DNA of 33,942 bases from an uncultured Bacteroidales bacterium (GTDB lineage Bacteria; Bacteroidota; Bacteroidia; Bacteroidales; ML635J-15): positions 1 through 33,942 of the forward strand of contig CAJOEG010000017.1 in NCBI GenBank assembly GCA_905233405.1, given 5' to 3'. This document shows, one piece after another, positions 9,710 through 15,773 of the stretch. The notes beneath the pieces are model-generated. The model was not told the origin of the DNA and ran no database searches. It saw only the letters and a program-made list of their open reading frames with translations. Position numbers and translations under genes: made by a program. Position 1 is the first letter of the stretch. Each line of letters starts with the position of its first letter.

Positions 9710-9862
9710 CTATTTCTTATTTTCGTCGGGATTTTCTGTTGGACTATTATATTCGGGAACCTTGCCCCTAAGGGGTATGTCCATATCGCGAGGTTCGATT
9801 ATAGGGTCAATTTCTGTTTTGGCAGAATCGATTTCTGGCACTTTTACAGGAACAATGCCCAT
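9710..9862 (-). CDS. Unlisted 50-aa Pro/Glu-rich ORF, or frame-shifted C-terminal tail of the upstream Cys-rich lipoprotein
   Basis: My translation is MGIVPVKVPEIDSAKTEIDPIIEPRDMDIPLRGKVPEYNSPTENPDENKK. The ATG lies 7 nt after the TGA of 9870..10211. It shares VPE and P(V/L)RGK motifs with that protein's tail. Confidence 0.4.
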   Translation of the reverse strand: MGIVPVKVPEIDSAKTEIDPIIEPRDMDIPLRGKVPEYNSPTENPDENKK

Positions 9863-9869
9863 AAGAGGT

Positions 9870-10211
9870 TCATTCTGGCACAGTGTCTATAGAGGTCTGG
9901 TGGGTTGTGTCGGGATCAACCATTTTGCCTCTAACTGGCACATCGCCCACAAGTTGATGACCTCCGCTATTACAAGCCGCTACGCTAAGCGTAATTCCCG
10001 CGATAGTTGCCACCTTGCCTAGAATGTTCATCTTGCCCTTGCGCGAAAGTTCCTGCTCGATGTATTTCACTTCGGCTTCGCAATGCGGACAGGTGCCGTT
10101 GCATTCGCCCTCGAAAGTACATTCTTCCTGCTCGAGCGGAATATTATTTTCGTCCGCAATGTTCTTGCGAATCTCTTTCAAGTATTTGCAGATATTTTTA
10201 CCGTTCTTCAT
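9870..10211 (-). CDS. Cys-rich domain protein fused to a lipoprotein-type signal peptide (radical-SAM-associated putative lipoprotein-like), paralog A
   Basis: 113 aa with the C31-x5-C37-x3-C41-x2-C44 motif (ECTFEGECNGTCPHCEAE). This is followed by KGKMNILGKVATIAGITLSVAAC|NSGG, which is a charged n-region, a hydrophobic core and a lipobox. Confidence 0.75.
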   Translation of the reverse strand: MKNGKNICKYLKEIRKNIADENNIPLEQEECTFEGECNGTCPHCEAEVKYIEQELSRKGKMNILGKVATIAGITLSVAACNSGGHQLVGDVPVRGKMVDPDTTHQTSIDTVPE

Positions 10212-10224
10212 GTGTTTTAGGTTT

Positions 10225-10512
10225 TTAAAAATATGATGCTAGCACATCGCCCGTAAGTTCTTCGTATTCGTCACATTTTTCCCATGCAAGAAAATCAGAT
10301 TCTCTTTCTTTGTAAACATTTAGTTTCTCTATTTTGCCTCGTTTTATAAGTTCTTCTTCAAGATATTTTACCTCTGCATCGCAATGCGGACAAGTACCGT
10401 TGCATTCCCCCTCGAAAGTACATTCTTCCTGCTGAAGCGGAATATTATTTTCGTCCGCAATGTTCTTGCGAACTTCTTTTAGATACTTGCAGATATTTTT
10501 ACCGTTGTTCAT
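10225..10512 (-). CDS. Cys-rich domain protein, soluble paralog B
   Basis: 95 aa. The first ~57 aa are nearly identical to paralog A. The C-terminus is acidic and unrelated (KERESDFLAWEKCDEYEELTGDVLASYF), with no hydrophobic segment. Confidence 0.75.
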   Translation of the reverse strand: MNNGKNICKYLKEVRKNIADENNIPLQQEECTFEGECNGTCPHCDAEVKYLEEELIKRGKIEKLNVYKERESDFLAWEKCDEYEELTGDVLASYF

Positions 10513-10546
10513 TGGCGTTGGGTTTCTAATTTTGAAATGTGTTTTG

Positions 10547-10577
10547 CAAAAATATGCATTTTCATAAAAACAGCAAA
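10547..10577 (-). promoter_or_regulatory. Bacteroidota sigma-A-type promoter for the Cys-rich/radical-SAM cluster
   Basis: On the minus strand: TTTG (10574-10577), a 19-nt spacer, then TATTTTTG (10547-10554). This lies about 35 nt upstream of the ATG at 10512. Confidence 0.45.
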
Positions 10578-10607
10578 AAAGAGCCTGCGGGGAACAGACT
10601 CTTTTTT
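10575..10607 (-). terminator. Terminator-like hairpin closing the upstream YtrA/ABC/GIN operon (symmetrical A/T flanks)
   Basis: AAAAAAGAGCCTG-CGGGGAA-CAGACTCTTTTTT, with one mismatch in the stem and T runs on both strands. Confidence 0.5.
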
Positions 10608-10630
10608 GAAGTAAGTAAATTTATGTTATC

Positions 10631-10745
10631 GATGAGGTTGACGAAATTTGGGGTAGTTTGAAGTTGTTTGATATTGTTTGACATTGTTTGAGGTTGTTTA
10701 AAATGGTTTGAACTGTTTTGAGATTGTTTCAAATAGATTGAACAG
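10631..10745. repeat. Exactly 10-bp-phased tandem array of the motif nnnTTGTTTGA (about 9-11 units)
   Basis: Consecutive 10-nt blocks from 10631 to 10740 end in TTG, TTTG, TTTA or TTTC, and each is followed by A: ...gggtagtttg aagttgtttg atattgtttg acattgtttg aggttgttta aaatggtttg aactgttttg agattgtttc aaatagattg. Confidence 0.85.
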
Positions 10746-10829
10746 CATAAACCTATAAACGCTGCAGTCATTGAAACGGCGAAGCCATCAAACCTTTCAA
10801 ACGGCGGAGCAATTCAAACAACCATAAAC
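10746..10829 (-). repeat. Dispersed intergenic repeat, copy 1 (CGCCGTTTC / GTTTGA family), directly after the GIN-gene stop
   Basis: The reverse complement of 10773-10810, GCTCCGCCGTTTGAAAGGTTTGATGGCTTCGCCGTTTC, is about 80% identical by eye to 33156-33193. Confidence 0.7.
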
Positions 10830-11546
10830 CTATTCCTTAGTCAAAACCTTTCCCAATCCTTCATTGGAAACCCCAATATCCTCGCAGTCCAAATCGGATG
10901 CATCAATATTGCCAACACCCTCGTTTATGAGTTTTGCCGTCTCAGTCTTGCCGGAAATGCTTATGCTTCCTACGCCTTCGTTGTCTAGTCGGACATACTT
11001 TGCATCAAGCACTTCGACACTGATTTTGCCTACACCCTCGTTGTCGGCTTTCAGGCAAGAAACCGCCAGTTTGCTCAACTCTATTGAGCCAACGCCCTCG
11101 TTCTTCACTATCAAAGTGTCGGCGCGAAGCGAGTCGCAGGTAATGTTGCCAACGCCTTCGTTCTTGATTGACTTGCAAGCGGGCGAATATACCTTTATAT
11201 CGAATTTTGCATTATTGTTTCTGCGCGGCCTGCTCGAAAAGTCGATGCGCAGAACGTCATCGTCAACATCAGTTTCTATTAGACTGATATAATCGCTTGG
11301 CGCTGTTATTTCAACCGCCGACTTTTTCGACTGCACATAGACAATATCGCACATTCCATTGTTTTCAATGGCATCAAAAGCCTCAAGTTCCCTTGTTTCA
11401 ACCTTTTCCGTTTCGTCGACATTGGCTCTTTTCCTGTGCGGACTATCATTGTCAAATTTCGCAAACCAAAACAATACACCTACAACCATTAGCACAAATA
11501 TTACAGCCAATCCGCTGAACAATAATATATTAGTTTTCTTTTTCAT
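10830..11546 (-). CDS. Membrane-anchored head GIN domain (DUF2807-like) protein
   Basis: N-terminal TM helix (ILLFSGLAVIFVLMVVGVLFWF), then six NEG(V/L)G(N/S/K) repeats spaced about 20 aa apart, typical of the PF10988-type beta-helix. Confidence 0.75.
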   Translation of the reverse strand: MKKKTNILLFSGLAVIFVLMVVGVLFWFAKFDNDSPHRKRANVDETEKVETRELEAFDAIENNGMCDIVYVQSKKSAVEITAPSDYISLIETDVDDDVLRIDFSSRPRRNNNAKFDIKVYSPACKSIKNEGVGNITCDSLRADTLIVKNEGVGSIELSKLAVSCLKADNEGVGKISVEVLDAKYVRLDNEGVGSISISGKTETAKLINEGVGNIDASDLDCEDIGVSNEGLGKVLTKE

Positions 11547-11913
11547 CTTTCTTTGCTTTTAAAAATCCGTCATAATATTCTTTCAATTCACTTATATCAA
11601 TTCCAAGAAGTTCCATCTCCTGAAATATGCGTGGAAGTTCGCGGTTTACAAACCTTTCGCGTCGCAACTCCTTTATCTTCGCTATTGCGTCCTCGGAAGC
11701 AAAGTATCCTATGCCCCTGCGGTTGGAAATAATGCCCGAACGCTGCAGGAAATCGTAGGCGCGAAGCACCGTGTTGGGGTTCACCTCGAGTTGTACGCCG
11801 AGTTCACGCACCGAGAGTATCCTGTCGTTTTCCTTCCACTTGCCCATCAGAACTTGCTCGCACACATAGTCGGCAATCTGCTGGTAAATAGCCTTCGATT
11901 CTGAAAAGTCCAT
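11530..11913 (-). CDS. GntR-family transcriptional regulator, YtrA subfamily
   Basis: 127 aa with a winged HTH (LSVRELGVQLEVNPNTVLRAYDFLQRSGIISNRRGIGYF) and a short C-terminal helical region typical of YtrA. Overlaps the downstream GIN gene by 17 nt. Confidence 0.85.
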   Translation of the reverse strand: MDFSESKAIYQQIADYVCEQVLMGKWKENDRILSVRELGVQLEVNPNTVLRAYDFLQRSGIISNRRGIGYFASEDAIAKIKELRRERFVNRELPRIFQEMELLGIDISELKEYYDGFLKAKKDEKEN

Positions 11914-11914
11914 A

Positions 11915-12634
11915 CTAAGCCTCCGTTTCCTTTAACCTTAAATAACTCAAAACCCAGAAAAAGGCTATCACACAGAGCATAAATACCGAAAATATCACAT
12001 TCCCGTATTCGATTTTATCTGCCGTTAAATATAATGCTTCGTGGAGACACATTTTGAAAACAATAAGCGTCATAACTATTGAATAAAGTGTAATGAACGC
12101 AAACTCGCAAAGCAAAGTCTTTATCACGGCAGCCTTACGGAAATACACCGAGCCGAACATCATAATTGCATTGTTGAGGAGTATGAACAGGCAGAGATAC
12201 CATATTTCAATGCCCCAGAATTTAGCTGAACCAATGAACTCTATGCTCTTGAATGTAAACTCGTCGTAAATGAAGTAGCAGAAGAACGAACTTGCCCAAA
12301 TTCCAAGGCACGAAGCCACAATGAGCAGAGCCGGGTAGTAGAAATGGCTTAGGATGATGTTGACGGTAAGTTTCTCGCCACGGCTGGCAGGAAGCATAAG
12401 GTAGTTAATTGCCTTCTGCGGTTTTCCGAGCATACCGAATATGCGTCCCGAATAGAGAATGAAGAAAACGAAAAGCACTGCCCACGAGATTGTTGAAACC
12501 TCCTGTTCGAGCGATGTAAGCATTTCGACAGCGAAAATTATAGCCGCTACAATGACATCCTTTTTCCAGTTTTCGCAGAAATAACGCTTGAAAAGCAGTC
12601 CGATACGATAGAATGATATATTTTTCATAGCCAT
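11915..12634 (-). CDS. Polytopic membrane protein, probable permease partner of the ABC ATPase
   Basis: 239 aa with about 6 hydrophobic segments. Lies between the ABC ATPase and the GntR regulator with gaps of 6 and 1 nt. Confidence 0.65.
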   Translation of the reverse strand: MAMKNISFYRIGLLFKRYFCENWKKDVIVAAIIFAVEMLTSLEQEVSTISWAVLFVFFILYSGRIFGMLGKPQKAINYLMLPASRGEKLTVNIILSHFYYPALLIVASCLGIWASSFFCYFIYDEFTFKSIEFIGSAKFWGIEIWYLCLFILLNNAIMMFGSVYFRKAAVIKTLLCEFAFITLYSIVMTLIVFKMCLHEALYLTADKIEYGNVIFSVFMLCVIAFFWVLSYLRLKETEA

Positions 12635-12640
12635 ACCTTT

Positions 12641-13549
12641 TTAATTGTTCAACTTAGTTTCCATTTCACTGGCAAATCTCGATTTGCCGTTTTCCTTTTC
12701 GGCGAAGATTTCATGCATCTTTTCTCTTGCCGAGATAGCCGCGCAGAACAGCAGTTCCATATCGAACTTGTCGTCGGCATCGTCGATGTGAGTGCAAACT
12801 GCCACCTTGCCGGCAATGTTGTCCTCGCTGTAGAGCACCTTGCCCTGTTGCGAAAGTTCCTCGAACTCATTAGCCGACAGAACCTTGAAAGTAAGGCGGT
12901 CGCAAATGGTGTTGATGTCGGCGTTGAGAAGAATTTTGCCATTGTCGAGCACCAGCACGGCATCGATTACATTCTGCAGGTCGCGCACCTGATGCGTGGA
13001 GATGATGAACGCCTTGTCGTCGGTAATTGCCGAAGCCACTACCTTGCGGAATGTGCTTTTCGACGGGATGTCCATTCCGTTGGTCGGCTCGTCCATAATT
13101 AATAACTTGGTGTTGGTTGCAAGCGCAAAGCTCACAAGCACCTTTTTCTTCTGTCCGTGCGACATCTTTGTCAATTTCTGCTCCATATCGGCAATTTCGA
13201 ACTGACGGAGATAGTTCTCGAAGTCACTGATGCTGAAGTTCGGATAGAAGGGCGCGTAAATCTTCACATATTCGTTTACGCTGACTGTCGGCACATCCAT
13301 TTCCTCGGTGACGAAGTAAATGTCGGCGAGCATTTCCGGATTGCGTTGTTCAGGCTTCATGCCAAATACCGAGACCGTTCCGCTGTTGCAGAAGCGAAGT
13401 CCCGAAATAATTTTCAGCAGGGTAGTTTTTCCCACACCGTTTTTCCCAAGCAGACCGTAAATATGTCCTGCCTCGAGCGAAAGATTCAGGTTGTCGAAGA
13501 TTTTCCTCTGCGGCACATACCCGAAATTCATGTTTTTAATCTCAATCAT
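12641..13549 (-). CDS. ABC transporter ATP-binding protein
   Basis: Walker A GKNGVGKTT, signature-like MSHGQKKK, Walker B LLIMDEPT. I place the start at the ATG at 13549 (MIEIKNMNFGY). The GTG at 13615 sits at or within a few nt of the start site predicted from the promoter box at 13618..13625. Confidence 0.85.
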   Translation of the reverse strand: MIEIKNMNFGYVPQRKIFDNLNLSLEAGHIYGLLGKNGVGKTTLLKIISGLRFCNSGTVSVFGMKPEQRNPEMLADIYFVTEEMDVPTVSVNEYVKIYAPFYPNFSISDFENYLRQFEIADMEQKLTKMSHGQKKKVLVSFALATNTKLLIMDEPTNGMDIPSKSTFRKVVASAITDDKAFIISTHQVRDLQNVIDAVLVLDNGKILLNADINTICDRLTFKVLSANEFEELSQQGKVLYSEDNIAGKVAVCTHIDDADDKFDMELLFCAAISAREKMHEIFAEKENGKSRFASEMETKLNN

Positions 13550-13617
13550 ACCAATTATTATTTTAGTTAATTTTCCGTTGTTTTTGTTTATTAGTGTATT
13601 AGTGATGTAATACACTG

Positions 13618-13648
13618 CAAAAGTATAGCATTGCAGAATACTGGCAAT
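13618..13648 (-). promoter_or_regulatory. Promoter of the ABC/YtrA operon, with an overlapping 6-bp inverted repeat
   Basis: On the minus strand: ATTG (13645-13648), a 19-nt spacer, then TACTTTTG (13618-13625). The inverted repeat CTGCAA (13615-13620) / TTGCAG (13631-13636) overlaps the -7 box and may be a YtrA operator. Confidence 0.4.
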
Positions 13649-13833
13649 AGGGAATTTGGGGTATTAGACTAAAAGCATATTTATATATATTTTTATTTGT
13701 TAGTGATATATAAATTAACTAGTCGATATGTTGGGTGAAGTTAAGCGAATAAGAATATCCTATATAAGTTCAACTTAGAAAGTTGTAAAAATGGGATAAT
13801 AAAGAATCCAGTAATGACGTGATCTAATTATAA

Positions 13834-14628
13834 CTATTTAAATTGGATTTTTAAACAATCCAATTTATTTTCACCGAGCATGTAAAGCAAGTCGTGTCTA
13901 ATTCTGAATTTGGTAACATTTTTCCCTTCGGTCGGAATGACAATAGTATTGTCGGCAACAACATCGTATGCCGAAATTTCTCCATTCTGGCTATAATACA
14001 GCACATCGTTGTCTATGCAGAAGTCCGTACAACTGCCACCTACTTCCAACGACCTGTAGAAATTGCCGAACTTGTCCAGAACCAAGATTTTACCATCGTC
14101 GGCAAATAGAAAAAGGTAGTTTATCGATTCGCGCATTGCAATCACATCGGCATCGGCGAGCTTGTTGTAAATGTTGGTTCCCTGCTGTGAAATTTCAAGG
14201 TTGCTGTCAACCCTTCTAACGCAGACATTCTGTTCGTCGAACACCCAGAAACCGCCAAACGACGACGAACATACCACCTTCGTATTGTATAGTTCCGCAT
14301 CATCGAGCATAATTGGACTGCGAAGTTCCGCAAACTTGCTGTCGAGATACATAAGTTTGTTGAACTCGGAATAGAACACTATCACCTTGAACGGATTGGA
14401 AACGTCAAGCGACGACATACTGCCAGCAGGATAATTGTCGTATGCACAAAGGAAATTCATTTCGGCATCGTACTTAGTTACAACATTGCCCTTGACGAGA
14501 TATATGTTTCCAAGCCTATCTATTTCAAGTGCATCGGCTATGACATCCCTGCTCCACGGCAACGACTCCTGAGCACCACCAAAAAATGGCAGCAACAGCA
14601 GAATCAATATTTCCAAAATCTTCTTCAC
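13834..14628 (-). CDS. Hypothetical secreted protein
   Basis: ORF 13834..14679. The GTG at 14628 gives a canonical signal peptide, (M)KKILEILILLLLPFFGGAQE, whereas the 17 residues upstream look non-native. No family recognised. Confidence 0.6.
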   Translation of the reverse strand: MKKILEILILLLLPFFGGAQESLPWSRDVIADALEIDRLGNIYLVKGNVVTKYDAEMNFLCAYDNYPAGSMSSLDVSNPFKVIVFYSEFNKLMYLDSKFAELRSPIMLDDAELYNTKVVCSSSFGGFWVFDEQNVCVRRVDSNLEISQQGTNIYNKLADADVIAMRESINYLFLFADDGKILVLDKFGNFYRSLEVGGSCTDFCIDNDVLYYSQNGEISAYDVVADNTIVIPTEGKNVTKFRIRHDLLYMLGENKLDCLKIQFK

Positions 14629-14739
14629 GGCACAAATGTAAGAAAAATTTGCGCTTTGAACACTGAAAATAATCGCCACTCATTTTCCACCATACATTAC
14701 AATAGATTTATTATCTTTGCACCTTGATTTTTATGACAG

Positions 14740-15765
14740 ATGCCAGCACGAACAGCAATCGTAATACTCAACTGGAACGGTGAAAAATTTCTCCGTCAAT
14801 TTCTGCATACGCTTGTCGAGAACACCAATCCCGACCTTGCTCGCATCTGTATTATAGACAATGGCTCCACCGACGGTTCGTTGGCTTTCCTTTCAGAAAA
14901 CTTTTCGCAGATACAACTTGTAAAACTCGACAAGAACTATGGTTTTGCCGGCGGTTACAATCGTGGTCTGAAGGAAATTGAAGCCGAATACTTTATGTTG
15001 CTCAATTCCGATGTCGAGGTTGGCAAGGACTGGATTACGCCACTTGTGGAACTTATGGACAGCGACCCGACCATAGGTGTGTGCGGACCAAAACTCATCG
15101 ACTACAACAACCGCGACAAGTTTGAATATGCTGGTGCAGCTGGCGGTTATATCGACAAGTACGGCTATCCGTTTTGTCGTGGAAGGCTTTTCGAGTGCCT
15201 TGAAACAGACAACGGTCAGCACGACACGCGCGAGGATTGCCTTTGGATAAGTGGAGCGGCATTGTTCATTCGTTCAAAGTTATTTTTTGAGGTAGGTGGT
15301 TTCGATGATGATTTCTTTGCACATCAGGAGGAAATAGACCTTTGCTGGCGAGTACAAAATTCTGGTTGCCGCGTTGTGTGCGAGCCAAAATCGACAATCT
15401 ACCATGTCGGTGGCGGTGCATTGCCCAAGTCAAATCCTTTCAAGACTTTCCTAAACTTCCGCAATAACCTTTACCTTGTTGTTAAGAACCTTCCGAACAA
15501 GGAAATAGGCTGGGTGCTCTTTGTGCGTTTCTTCCTTGATGTGATTGCCGCTGTAAGAATGATTTTCCAAGGAAATTTCAAGGAATGTCATGCAGTATTC
15601 CGTGCCTACGGCGCTTTTTTGAAGAATAAGCGCAAAATGAAACAAAAACGCCTACCCGTAACACGCAAAGTCTCATCGCAAATTACAGGAATGTACTGCG
15701 GAAGTATAGTTTTCAAGCATTTCTTAGGAAAAAAGAAAACTTCGGTGGAGATATTTGGGAAATAA
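14740..15765 (+). CDS. Family 2 glycosyltransferase
   Basis: 341 aa with AIVILNWNG...DNGSTDGS...LLNSDVEV and the downstream acidic motif QEEIDLCWR. A TATCTTTG -7 box lies at 14712-14719. Confidence 0.85.
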   Translation: MPARTAIVILNWNGEKFLRQFLHTLVENTNPDLARICIIDNGSTDGSLAFLSENFSQIQLVKLDKNYGFAGGYNRGLKEIEAEYFMLLNSDVEVGKDWITPLVELMDSDPTIGVCGPKLIDYNNRDKFEYAGAAGGYIDKYGYPFCRGRLFECLETDNGQHDTREDCLWISGAALFIRSKLFFEVGGFDDDFFAHQEEIDLCWRVQNSGCRVVCEPKSTIYHVGGGALPKSNPFKTFLNFRNNLYLVVKNLPNKEIGWVLFVRFFLDVIAAVRMIFQGNFKECHAVFRAYGAFLKNKRKMKQKRLPVTRKVSSQITGMYCGSIVFKHFLGKKKTSVEIFGK

Positions 15766-15773
15766 GCAAAACC

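Noticed and set aside
9870-9960. Glycyl-radical site in the small proteins (PVRGKM / PLRGKV) as a target for the activase-like rSAM
   Set aside because: The glycyl-radical consensus is R-V-x-G-Y, with a residue between R and G and an aromatic after G. The motifs here do not fit, so no spare-part (GrcA-like) claim is made.
10631-10745. Possible CRISPR array
   Set aside because: The period is 10 bp with no unique spacers, and there are no cas genes or leader. It is a microsatellite-like phased motif array, not a CRISPR.
10562-10771. 69-aa ORF across the 10-bp array (…KQSQNSSNHFKQPQTMSNNIKQLQ…)
   Set aside because: Its periodic peptide is simply the translation of the 10-bp DNA repeat. It spans the terminator hairpin and has no credible start context.
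13550-13615. N-terminal extensions offered by the ORF track: 13615 (ABC), 23147 (fumC), 30411 (LuxE-like), 31288 (MORN), 17255 (flippase), 14679 (secreted protein)
   Set aside because: The extensions start at GTG or TTG, overlap promoter boxes or upstream genes, and add non-native-looking residues ahead of canonical N-termini or signal peptides. Downstream starts were preferred.
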